Shown in pieces: positions 26,815 to 41,640 of a stretch of DNA of 64,000 nucleotides (positions within the stretch are counted from its first letter, which is position 1; every line of letters begins with the position of its first letter). The notes under the pieces were generated by a model, which was given only the letters and a program-made list of their open reading frames with translations, was not told where the DNA came from and made no database searches. Source of the DNA: Eledone cirrhosa (lineage: Eukaryota). The position numbers and the translations under genes are program-made. The stretch is from positions 307,768,001 through 307,832,000 of the forward strand of contig OZ024742.1 in the NCBI GenBank assembly GCA_964016885.1. Reading direction: 5' to 3'.

Positions 26815-27020
26815 ATTTATCACTAACACTCGAGAACCACCCAACCGATTGTTTTCAAACTTTACACGTGTAATACTTATGGTCCTATTGAGTGCTCTGA
26901 GCAAAAGAAATTTCAAATTTTCTATGACCTAGGGACCGCATTAAGCGATTTAGAGATCTTTTCTCTCTCTCTTAGTCTTTCTCTTTTTAGATGACTGTCT
27001 GCATTACGTCATTATGACGC

Positions 27021-27057
<37 letters not shown>

Positions 27058-27566
27058 TGTATATATGGTGTGTATATATATATATATATATATTATAGTG
27101 TATAACGTTTTTCGAAATATTTACTTCTGCGTTCACAGATTTATTATTTTAGTTTCAGAAGATCCCGTTAAGGGTGAAAGCAGCGATTCTTTCCTTAAAC
27201 TTTAATCTGTTATTTTAATATATATATATATAATTATATATTCGTGTACAGATATATTTGCATACACATATAAACAAAAGTTTTATTTCGCGATAAAGTA
27301 ATGATTTTCTTCGAACGGAAAAGAACCCTGGCAATGTACAACGAACCTTTTTTATAAGCACAAAATGTAGACACCAACCCGAGGCCGAGGTATTCCGTAC
27401 TTCTCTGTACTGTTATTTATATATTCGTGTACAGATATTTTTGCATACACAATAACAAAATATAAACAAACGTATTTACTCACGAGGCTCGAGAAGGATA
27501 AATATATATCAAAATATATAAGAACCTTAGAGCAAATCCCGAGCAACGCCGAGCCATTCTGGTAGT
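26815..27566 (+). mobile_element. Possible non-autonomous Helitron-like element
   Basis: Ends cccgagcaacgccgag..gtag|t, resembling the hairpin + CTAG terminus; 27486-27537 recurs at 33821-33871. Confidence 0.3.
27151..27201 (+). ncRNA. Degenerate type I hammerhead motif (family F4)
   Basis: AGTTT C(A)GAAGA T CCC-GTTAA-GGG T GAAA G..C TT AAACT; one core substitution. Confidence 0.5.
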
Positions 27567-27660
27567 TATTCATAAACGTATATATGCTCTCATATTAAAC
27601 CCTATGACGAAAACGTCTGTTAGTACAACCTAATTATACACACACACACACATATATATA

Positions 27661-28354
<694 letters not shown>

Positions 28355-28488
28355 TATATATATGTATATGTATGTATATATATATGTATATATATATATA
28401 TATAAAGAATGAATAATAACAGGTAGACATCATAAAAAGGTAATTTAATACGTGTGCTTACACGGATACACCTAGGATAATCCTATAC

Positions 28489-28552
<64 letters not shown>

Positions 28553-28562
28553 GTATAGGATT

Positions 28563-29003
28563 GTTTCTCCTACTTTCTTTCGCCTCCTCTGTCGTGTCAG
28601 TTAACTCTTCCTCACACTTCCACTCACTCACTCACTGTTTCTCCTCTCCTCACTTCACCCCGTTCGTAACGAAAGCAATTTCTCTCTTTCTTACATTGCA
28701 TTCCTTTGCGAAAGGTCTGTTTTCTAAGCGCTCATATATTCACCTAGCTTACGCTAACAGAATAACTATGAAGCTTGTTTCCTTCCTCTACGGTTAGCTC
28801 TACTCTTTGTTGTTTTCCTGTCTCACTCGCTTTACGCGTTTTAATTGTCCTAATAACTTAATTTAGTTATTATTGCACCGACGTGAGGTATATGATTTTT
28901 AATGCAATGAAATATCTATGATCGTCGGCAAATCACTGATGAGGGACTTATTTTATTACATGTTATCCATGTGCTACCAGCAGTACTTTTCTCCCCATTT
29001 TAT

Positions 29004-29006
<3 letters not shown>
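28563..29006 (+). mobile_element. PLE 3'-region-like fragment related to 30490-31150 (opposite strand)
   Basis: ctcttcctcacactt.cactca.tcactc shared; tcaCTGATGA near the 3' end; bounded by (TA)n. Confidence 0.4.
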
Positions 29007-29065
<59 letters not shown>

Positions 29066-29073
29066 TATATATA

Positions 29074-29137
<64 letters not shown>

Positions 29138-29173
29138 TATATATATATATATATATATATATGCATATGTATA

Positions 29174-30358
<1,185 letters not shown>

Positions 30359-30362
<4 letters not shown>

Positions 30363-30475
30363 TAAGAAGAGACACTGGTCTGTTGGAGACGCAGGACATG
30401 GCAGCGATAATGAGGGACAGAGACCGCTGGAGAGAACTCATCCATGGATCTGGGGAATTTTTCCCGCTCTAGAAA
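30359..30475 (+). pseudogene. RTE LINE ORF C-terminus in sense orientation
   Basis: ILRRDTGLLETQDMAAIMRDRDRWRELI, typical RTE end, then (TA)n. Confidence 0.75.
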
Positions 30476-30490
30476 TATATATATATATAT

Positions 30491-31149
30491 AAATTTAAAT
30501 GAAGAATTAGAAATAGGACTATCCATCATCAGTGATCTACTAGCCATCATAGGTATTTCTTCGCATTAAAGACCAGATACCTCAGGCTAGCGCGAACAAT
30601 AACTACAATAAGTTATTGGGATAAAAAGAATTGGGTGGGGAAAGAGAGACAGTGAAAAAAAATGAATGGTGAGGCAACGTAAAGAGAGGAAAAAATGAGA
30701 AAATCAAATCAATGATTCATTTGAACATAAGAACTTGCGAATATTGACGAGAAGACGGGAGACACATCCCAACCATGCGAAAGTAAGCAAGGAAAGAATT
30801 ACGCACGGTGTGGGACGATGGAGGAAGTGAGATAGAGGGTGAGTAGCAGAGAGTGACTGAGTGAAAGTGTGAGGAAGAGGCTAGCCGAGAGAGGGTGACT
30901 AGCAGAGGGGGTGAATGAAAGTAAGAGGTTGAAGGAGAGAGAAGGGGGAGAGAGAAAGACGATAACAGTAAGGGAAGAGAAAAAAACAGGTCACAGCGAA
31001 GGGGAAATCATATAGGAATGAATAATGGCGTGCTGTGTTGTTGCAAATGTGATATACAAATTAAAATGAAAAATTAGAAATAGGACTATCCATCATCAGT
31101 GATATACTAGCCATCATAGGTATTTCTTCACATTAAAGACCAGATACCT
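30491..31149 (-). mobile_element. PLE-like fragment with about 92-bp terminal direct repeat (offset 567)
   Basis: 30491-30582 repeated at 31058-31149; each contains CTGATGA on the minus strand; no closing GAAA found. Confidence 0.5.
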
Positions 31150-31300
31150 GAGAAAAACAAGTCATAGCCAATGGGCGTACGTCGACTGGCCATTTCATCA
31201 GAGGCATGTCTTGTCTATATAAGTGTAAATGTTCATTATAGGATGTTCAAGAAAAGTTTTAGAATGAATTGATTACATCTATCTATCTATCTATCTATCT

Positions 31301-31406
<106 letters not shown>

Positions 31407-31936
31407 GAAATTGGAAATAGCACGGGAAATATATTTAAGGGTCTGTTTTTCTTTTTTTCCTTTCTTCGATTCGTCAAAGTGGCATTATTGAAAAAATGAG
31501 AGGGACAATTCTTTAAAAATAAGAGTTTTGTAATGTATATAAAGTATATAAAGTATTACTAGTTTCGATGTATTAGTAAAATTCATCTAATCAAAAGTTG
31601 AGTATTGCAATTAAAAGGAAAATAAGGATTAAAAACTAAAAATTAAAGATTTAAAATTAAATGTTGAGGTAAGTTTTTTTCATTTTCCTTGTTGAGAAGG
31701 AGACTGGAAAATGAACTATTGTGTATTACAAGAGAGGTGGTAGTAGCAGCAGCAGTGTTGGTAGTTGTGTTTCTTCACATAGAACAAAATTGTTTTTAAG
31801 GACAAAGGAAATATTCTGTAAATATGTGTATATCAATTGTGTTAGTGGAGTGGTCAAGAGTTCAGATGGGAGTGGCGAAGGGGGTAATTGTAAGCTAGAG
31901 ACAAATTGTATGGTATTGGGTACAGTAGGGTTGTAA

Positions 31937-32010
<74 letters not shown>

Positions 32011-33656
32011 GTGTGTGTGTGTGTGTGTTTATTCTGCGCTATAAACAGCTGAAGTACCCTATTATTTGATATCTCTCTACACACAATAGATATTTTAGCC
32101 GAAGTAGCGAGAAATGTATATGTGGACACACACACACACACACACACACAAACCCACACACAGACCCCTCCTCCCCCACACATTTATATGTATTTATGTA
32201 TGAAGACATGTCTTATTTAAGCATTTCTCCTTAGATTAATGATGAATATCTTGACTCGAGCTTAAATTTGTATTGGGATCAACACCAGATGGCACGTACA
32301 TAGTTTACAATCTACGAAGAAATATGTAACTAAAGAAATTTTATAACCATTAGATGTGATACAAATAGAAAATTAGACGTGCTAATTTGCGTAAATTTAG
32401 TGCTTATGTCTTATATATCAAATTGTGAACTAAGCAACTGCCGTATGCTATACTTGGTTTATCCTTTTACTTTTGTTTAGTCCAACGGCTACTTGTCCTG
32501 GGGGAAAATGTATTCATGGTTTTTCATATTGATTGCTAATTTTGTCGATCACAATTTAACCTTCCAGTGTTCTAAGTAGCTCAAATACCTTTAACTCTAT
32601 TGAAGATAACTTCCTTCAATTAAGCCGATGAGCACCTTGAGAGAAACATTAATATCACAGTATATAAATCCATTTTCCTATAAATTGTTGTCACTTTGCC
32701 TAAGTAATAAATCATTATCTAGTTCCGAGAGCTACTGTAAAAATATAGATAGCAATTTAGTCAAATATGCATTCATGTTGTTTACTGCAACGTCGACGAC
32801 ATCAGTTCCATAACTTTAAAAATCGATTTCATATTTAGACATACTATTCGATGACATATTGATTTCTAAGCACAAGAGAACAGAACAGCAACGCATTTTA
32901 GAAGGTTTATACAGTGCTAAAACTTATATAGGAAAAGTAAAGCTTCATTAACTCTTAATTCTTGAGAAACGTGAATATATATAATTCTTATTTTGTACGT
33001 CTGATTTGCAGTTGGGAATTGTTTCCTCCTTATCAGTTTGCGGTATTCATATTTATGATTGAATGAGAATTATCTATTATCAATTTGTAGAATTGAAAGA
33101 AAATTCTAGAAACTGATAAGTTGTATTACTACACTGAAAACTACAAATTTATAGTTAATGTGTATGATGAAACTATTATTTTTAAATGTAGTTTATATGA
33201 TGTGAATTGGCTGCAGCCGAAAATAATAAATGGCTTTATATACACAGCAAATTGTAAAACGTTTGCCTAAAGAGGTTGCTTCATACTCTGAGTGTGTGGT
33301 AGTCTGAAAAGTAATTGATTTCTGATAGAGTTGCAAATCCTCTTATTTATTGGTAATGTAGAAGTAGACTGCATGATTTTCTCAAGATAATTTAAAATAT
33401 AAGTGAAGGGAAATGGCTCCATCGTTGACGCAAACCTAAAATGAACACTGGTATAATGAGAAGATTATCTCTGTATTGTGAAATTTATATTTCTGATACA
33501 TTTCTTACTGGTTTCAGCCATTCAACTGCGACCCTACTGGAGCATCACCTTAAGATATTTACATCGATTATATCGACCTAAATAAAGTACTGCAATCTGG
33601 TAATTATTTTAAAGACTTCTCTCTTTCCTTCTCTCTCTTTTGTCCACTTTCTCTAT

Positions 33657-33766
<110 letters not shown>

Positions 33767-33874
33767 GTATATATTTATATATAGTAATAACAATAAATGT
33801 GAAGACTAAAATCCAAAGAGGGCTCGATAAAGATAAATATATATCAAATATATAAGAACCCTAGAGCAAATATT

Positions 33875-34027
33875 TATTAAAACAACAGATTAAAGTTTAA
33901 GCAAAGAATCGCTGCTTTCACCCTTAACGTTAAGGGTGAAAGCAGCGATTCTTTTCTTTCACCTTTGCTTTCACCTTTAACGTTAAGGGTGAAAGCAGCG
34001 ATTCTTTGCTTAAACCTTTATCTGTTA

Positions 34028-34033
<6 letters not shown>
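33875..34033. mobile_element. Double fold-back of hammerhead family F4
   Basis: gctttcaccc/tttaac|gttaagggtgaaagc occurs twice; arms match 27167-27220. Confidence 0.7.
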
Positions 34034-34083
<50 letters not shown>

Positions 34084-34182
34084 TACGCAAGCAGCGGTAC
34101 ATAGGTATTCCGTCTGTTACAGAAACATATGTCAATACCTAATAAATTCCTTTTTTAAAAAAAGCACTTTCATTTTATATTC

Positions 34183-34274
<92 letters not shown>

Positions 34275-34275
<1 letters not shown>

Positions 34276-34552
34276 TTGTTTTATTGCAACATACGTATAT
34301 CAGTGACATGGTGGTTATCTACAAACGTAAGACTACCTAAAGTCAAAGAGGCCCACAAAACTGGCAGGTCCAGGGCGACCCACAGGATAAAGGGGGAAGC
34401 GTTGGTGGATAAAGAAAACAGGACCAGGTATACAGATACTATTGCATCCAAATTTAGAGAACTCCCTAGGCGAACTGAGGACGCTGAAATGGTGTCAAGA
34501 TTGTTAATTTCAGCATCTTCTGCTTCGGCTATTACATGCTGCGGGTGAAAAA
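34275..34552 (+). pseudogene. LINE APE-RT linker fragment
   Basis: HRIKGEALVDKENRTRY...SAITCCG*K resembles RTE/L2 linkers; partial duplicate at 25.9 kb. Confidence 0.45.
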
Positions 34553-35164
34553 TTTGAAAATATGATGCAGCATTGATTTGTGCTGTTGTCAGGGATCGAA
34601 ACTCGCTAGATGGCCTGGCCTTCTATTCCATTATAGAAAGAGCGCATGATGATAGTTTTCTTCTCGATTAGATGATCGTTACCAGATAGTGGATCTATCC
34701 AGATTGTCTTATATTTGATTTCCTGTTGGAACCACACAATTAGTGATGAGAGTTTGGCTGGAGGCGGACGACTCCATGTTGAGTGCTATATTTTTAGTGA
34801 TTTTTTTTCAACTGTAAATGTTTCTGCCTGCAACCAATATGAACAATAATAGAAATGTTGAGTTTCATTTGGTGCATCTCCATCTTCCTGAGATATGTGA
34901 AGTATTGTTTGTTAAATTTGTTGGGGAGGAGGTTTGTAGACTCCTGTTTGCGTACTGCCTCAGTCTTGTTTTGTTATTGAGCTTAGCTTGGTTCTTGTGT
35001 AATTTTAATATTTGATCTCTCCTATATAAAATATGTAATATGTGTTGTGTCATTTCCTTCATCTTCTAGAGTATATTATATAAGAGTTGTGTTGCATGTT
35101 TTATTAGATGCTTATTTTATAGGGGTCTGTTGTGAGCGGAGATTACTCTATTGAATCATTAATG

Positions 35165-36295
35165 AGCAGAATGTGGACTGTTCCTAACAGAGATATTGGT
35201 TTAGACAGTGCTGTTAGCCTTGCTATGGTTTCTATGATTTATATTATTTCGTATATGCTCCACACCATGTATATTATTATTATTATTATTTGAGACTTTC
35301 ATTGAAATCTGCTTCTTTCCTAAATCATGCTGAATATCAGTCTGGGACACGGGCAATATTGGGTATACACTCATTTTACATTCATTTGTCATACAAATGA
35401 TGCCATAAGAGCATAAACGACAGTAAACGTCTTTGCAATGTATTTAAATTGATATTGCCCTTCTCAGGAAATGGACAGTGCCAGTCAACACCATTTTCTG
35501 TATCTCTTCCAGAGATGTCTTTCCATGAATCCGGTCCAAATATTTTCAGTCCCTTTTTATTTATCATTCCAAGCGGCCCAACTATCACTGTACATGCTTT
35601 TAGGTGCCACATTTTCTCAATTTCACTTGTCAGATTTACTGAGTTTTGTGAAATCTCTCAGATGTTACAATATGATGGAATGCTCATGTCAATTAAGCAG
35701 CATGTTTTCTCTCTGTGGTTCTTCACAATTATATCAGGTCTGTTGGCCTTGATTTTTGTGTCAGTGTTCACAGGGAAATCTCATAGGATTTTCACATTCT
35801 CGCCTCCTATTTTAACATATTTTATTATTATTATTATTTCTTCCTTTGAATTCTGCTACTTTCCAAAAACATGCCGAGTGTCAACCTGACATTTGAGGCA
35901 AAATTTATAATACACACATTTAACAATGAATTACCATACAAATGATGTCACAAGGGCACAAACACCAGTAAATTTCTCTGCAAGGTAACGCTCTTTGCAG
36001 GACAGGGACAGTGACAGTCAACACTAGTTTCTGTATCTTTTGCAGAGATGGCTTTCCAGGAATCCAGTCCATATATTTTTCAGTTCCCTGTTTTATCATT
36101 CCAAATGCGCCGACAGTCACTGGTTTTGAAGAGGATTTAAGATGTGACTTTTACTCAATTTCAATTGATAGATCATTATACTTACTGAGCTTTTCGAACT
36201 CGTTCGAGATCTTACGATCGTGTCGATTAAGAAACATGTTTTCTCTCTATGGTTCTTCACAATTATATAAGATTTGTCGACTTTGGTTAATGGTC
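35165..36295 (-). pseudogene. Two to three tandem remnants of RLE (restriction-like endonuclease) LINE 3' ends, R4/Dong/NeSL-like
   Basis: KIL*DFPVNTDTKIKANRPDIIV..CCLIDMSIP..EIEKMW..VGPLG at 35440-35800; similar at 35975-36295; SLLGTVHIL at 35170-35200. Confidence 0.7.
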
Positions 36296-36354
36296 TCAAC
36301 ATGATCATCACAGAATTGACATTTTGAGGTTAATTCACTCTTTAAATAAACACG

Positions 36355-36431
<77 letters not shown>

Positions 36432-36734
36432 CAACACACATACAAACACACAGCACACACATACATACATATGAATGAGTGGATTTCTGTGCATATGTGA
36501 GTGCGTGTGTGTATTTTGGTGATATATATTGGTGATGCATATTAACATAGTGGGAGGGGGGGGGGGGGGGCAAAAAAGAAAGAAAGCGTTACCGTACGAG
36601 CTAAGTCCCTTCCCAGTTTATAAATGTTCTTCACTGAGTTCAAGCTGGATTCATTTGAAATATAGGGAACTCGACATAAGCAGGTTCAAAATCTGTATCA
36701 GACAAGCATGTTCAAAATCTGTATCAGACATGCA

Positions 36735-37070
36735 TGGCGTGCGTGGTACCGTAACTTCTGATGGATTCGTAGCGGCGCCATATTGACATGCGGCTTTTCT
36801 AGGGTATTTTAAAACTTGGCGGAACCGAGCCTTCACCAGGTCTGAATAGAGCACATTTCTTCCAGAGAAAATAGAGAGTGAGAGAATGGAATAAGTATGT
36901 GATACAAAGGAAGTATCGACACCAGTACTAAAGTGGTACTTTTTTATCGCTCTCGAATGGATGAAAGGCAATGTTGAACTCGGCAGGATTTGAACAGATA
37001 GAAGAGATCCGATACATCTACCGCAAAGCATTCTATACGACGTTCTGACGAATCTGCTAATTCGCCGCCT
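36735..37070 (-). mobile_element. SINE family A variant with longer 3' tail
   Basis: Family A body plus a tail shared with 54250-54420. Confidence 0.6.
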
Positions 37071-37622
37071 GCGTCAGACATACAGACAAATAAATGTATA
37101 AAATAAAATAAATACGTCCATGAATTTGAACAGCTGAATATCAGAAGTTATTTTGATAATTCACCAATTTAATAGATTGATTTGCAATCTTATTGCTTTC
37201 TATATAAACCGATTCTAGATTTCACAGATGTCAGATTGAGTTAGAAAGTTTTAATGAGGTATTAACTTTCACACTATAATTCCTCATAGAAAGTCCACGA
37301 TCAAACGAAATAAAGAAATAGATAAAAAGGAAGAAGAGATAAGAGAAGTTAAATCAGCAAGTAACCAAAGCGCATCACATTAAACTGGACTGAAGGTGAA
37401 GTATAGCAATATATTTGATCTATTAAAACCAACGAAAAGATCAAAGTTGGATTGGGAGCAAAGACAAACCAATAATCGGATCTGCAGGAAATACAATACA
37501 GAGTAACTCATGAAAGGATTGGGTATATATATATATACACACACACATATATATATATGTATATGTGTGTGTCTGTGTCTACGTGTGTGTGTGTGTGTGT
37601 ATGTACATATGTATATGTGTGT

Positions 37623-37653
<31 letters not shown>

Positions 37654-37695
37654 AGTATGTATATATATATATGTGTGTATATATATATATGTATA

Positions 37696-37767
<72 letters not shown>

Positions 37768-38072
37768 CATACATACATACATATATACATATATACATAC
37801 ATACATGGATAGCTACGGCGATGTCTTAGAATTTTACACAGATCAATTAGTTACATATTACACTGCGATTACTTCAAATATTTTTCTAATCTCTATATGT
37901 CCGGTGAAGCTAACGGCAGGGTGACATCGTCCTGTACCTCCTTTCCTTCATTCCCTTGCGTTCTCTATCGCCACTACCACGGCCGCCAACATCTCTCCCA
38001 CCATCACCAACGACACCATTACCACAACCACTACCATCCACCAGCAGACTACAATACAACTACTACTACTAT

Positions 38073-38107
<35 letters not shown>

Positions 38108-38169
38108 TGGCAGACGGAACATGTATATATATATATAATGGGTGTACAGGCAGAGACACACACACACGT

Positions 38170-38207
<38 letters not shown>

Positions 38208-38409
38208 GGGGAAAATTATATTTCGAGATACAATTACTGATTTTTATATATACAGAGGCGGTGGAATTGGAGAGTAAGGGGGAGGGGGTCAAGTGGGCCA
38301 TGCATCCCCCCACCCCACCCCAACCATTTTATTTTTCTACCCAAACTACTAAAACACACATCTATTTGGATATGTGCTATAATTTATGTACATGTTATGT
38401 AGAGACATA

Positions 38410-39225
38410 TGGTAGAGATAGTTATAGATATAGAGAGGGGGAGAGTTTGCTGTTAATTGATATAGAGAGGAGGGTTGGGAGAGTGTGTTGTATATTAGAT
38501 ATAGAGAGAGGGAGAGATTGATACTAATTGATATAGAGAGTAGGAATTGAAGAGAGTACCATGTATTAGATATAAAGAGGGGGAGAGTTTGGTGGTAATT
38601 GATATAGAGGGGGGTATTGGAAGAGTATGTTCTATGTTGGTAGAGATTGGTGTTCATAGATATAGAGAAGGAATGAGAGAAAGTGTTTTATGGTAGATAT
38701 AGAGAAAGGGATAGTTTGGTGGTAATTGGTATAGAGAGGGCCGTTTGAAGAGAGTTCCGTGTAGTTGATATAAAGAGGGGAGAGTTTGGTGTTAATCGAT
38801 ATAGAGCGGGTTTTGGAAGAGAGTTCTGTGTAGTAGATATAGATAGGGGAGGAGTGTGGTGCTAATTGATATAGAGAGGGGGATTGGAAGAGAGTACCGT
38901 GTAGTAGATATAGAGAGGGAGAGTTTGGGGGTTGTAATTATACAGAGAGGGATAATGGGAGAGTGTTGTGTAGTAGATATAGAGAGGGGGAGAGTTTAGG
39001 GGTGATTGATATACTGAGGGGCATTGGCAGAGATAAGTGTGGATATTTATAGAGTGAGAGAGTGTATTAGTCTTAGATATAGAGAGTGGGGTAAGAGAAG
39101 CGGTGTCGTGGTAGATATAGAGGGGGGGTAGAGTTTGGTTTTATTAGATATAGGGAGGGGATATAGGGAGGGGAATTAAAAGAGAGTTTTAGGTGATGGA
39201 CATAGAGAGGAGGAGAATTTGGTGG
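38410..39225. repeat. Purine-rich degenerate minisatellite (about 30/60-bp period)
   Basis: Recurring gatatagagagggg.agagtttggtggtaatt and gatatagagagg..ttggaagagagt..gtgtagta. Confidence 0.85.
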
Positions 39226-41284
39226 CACTCTCGGGTCACACATAATAGGAGGGTTGGCAATAATGGGGGGGGGGGGTACTTGGGAAATCAGCAATTGTAT
39301 AGTGTACGGGATTTCTTGTAATGTTCTTTTGTCATATACAATGCTTTTGTAATCCCCTATCTGTATCTACCAAAAAACCAAACTCTACCCCGCTCTAGAG
39401 GGGCAGAGTTTGGTTTTAGTTGTATGTGTTTGTAGATTTCTGTGTTCTTTGCATTAATGGTAGAAATAAAATATATGACCTTTTCACTTTTTTTGTTTTT
39501 ATTTCTTGGAGAACTGGGATATCAATTTACCTTGCTTTTTGAATACTATTTTTGATTAAAGTAATTAATTTCACGATCATCGGTAACACCAATACAAATC
39601 TGTGTACTAAGGAAACGAGTAAAATTTAGTGCATGTGTGTCTGTGAAAGGGGGTTGTGTACACACATTTATATATATAGATGAGTCATGTGAAGAAAGCG
39701 CGCTCTTTCTGCCACAAGTGGGAAGGCATGACCTGTCATGATGTCATGATGTCATGATGTCATGTGAACGCATATTTCCTTGATGTCATAATTTCAATTA
39801 TTCCTATGTCGGCTTCTGGCGTTGTTCCCAAGCATTCCTCTACTGAATGCATGATGGGTTGGCTTGAAGGTTGGCATGCACGTGAGGCCTCCGAACTAAT
39901 GTACTCTGCTATTTTATGTAGAGTTGGATTATTTCTGTTCGCACCATTTTCCTGGGGAAATTATTGCTGATCCTATCTCATCTGATCTTGTTGAGACTTT
40001 CAGCTTTTAGGTTTAGTCAGGTACCAAACTTGGCATTGCTATAGGAATACTGAAACGGAGATTGAGGTAATCAGCTCAGCTTTACGTTTAATTGTTAGTA
40101 GACTTTACATTTCTCAAATATTTACAAGATCACAGGAGAAATGAATAGTGGACAGAGGGATTAAAACCGAAAACAAACTGGAAACGGAAAATGCCTTCCT
40201 AATGTACTACCGTTCTGTATACTTCTTTGAAAAATATAAATTTCACATTTAATGTACATGGTGGGACCATACACCTAGCTGTGTATATAGAGAAGCCAGA
40301 GCTGACGAACTTGAGGAATGAGTCATGACGATCATTCATCGGCTGTCTTGGGCTGCTACCATTGGCCACTACAGATATACTTTCATGATGGTTTTTCGTC
40401 TTTATCTATACTTCCCTACTATCAATATGAATAACAAGATCAGAACTTCTCCTTTCATATTTATTTGCTAAATTGAACCTAACCATACCAAATGTTTTAC
40501 ATAAAATAATACATGAAGTTATAACATATAAGCTACCTTGCTGTTCACAATTCACACTTAGATGTATTGATAATGTTTCAATATTTTATGAAGACAATAT
40601 GCATTTTATTTTATACTGTCACCATTTATATCTTATTATATGTACAGGCCTCGAATTGTTTAGTATATAATTAAGTCTACATTATATTAAGTTACAGAAT
40701 ATTGAAAAATGTTCATTGTGTATTCTTGCTAATGTTTTTGCTTCAAAAAGCTTTCCTAATGTTTTTCCATAAATAATTATATTAACTAGCAAAAAGCACC
40801 AGCCTCTGGGGCGGTTTTCTATGAGTATATATATAATATGAAGGTGTGCATATGTATGGGTGTTTCATAATATATATATTATTGCATACAAATATATAAA
40901 AGAAGTTAAAACATCTATTGTTTTGATATAAGAATGATATGAACTTACACATATTTGATTTGCGATCAAATTAGTTTAATACAACATTCAACCTTTATAA
41001 AAATGGTGACATCTACGTGTTAGAGTAAGATTAAGATATGAATAACGTGTTATGCAGAGATACTTTCTTGCACACACATAGACATATGTATTTTTGTAAC
41101 TATATATTCTATCACCCCAGTGATAGAATTTGCTCCAGACAAAACGCCCGTGTCTGAAAGAACCTGCAGAAGTAGAATCAGCCAGATCCATACAAGAGCC
41201 ATGTCTCGAGCTAGCTGCCGGCAAAACGATTGTAACACGCAATAAATTAAGTCCATATGCATCACTGATTTTTCGTTTTCTTTA

Positions 41285-41369
<85 letters not shown>

Positions 41370-41394
41370 CATATATGTATATATAATATGAACA

Positions 41395-41640
41395 GGATAC
41401 GAGGAAGAGCTCGTCAACATGTGTTGCAATTCGAAGACGCTGTCTCTGCTACATATACACACATCCGAAAGTCCACCTCCAAACGGCCTCGCTGTTGATA
41501 GATATAATGGTTAGTCCAGCTTCTGGCCATCAGAGGTGCTGTCTTTTGTCTACCTTTTTGACTACTACTACATTGACGTTTGCTTTTCGGAGTTGGCTCG
41601 TATCGTGCAACACTCTCTCAGGCATCCCTGACGCACTTGT
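41395..41640 (-). pseudogene. Highly decayed RT fragment (RTE-like)
   Basis: QVRQGC and ELQHMLTS motifs in roughly the expected order. Confidence 0.35.

Noticed and set aside
41050-41203. Signal-peptide-like MALVWIWLILLLQVLSDTG on the minus strand
   Set aside because: No convincing splice donor or further exons; needs RNA-seq.
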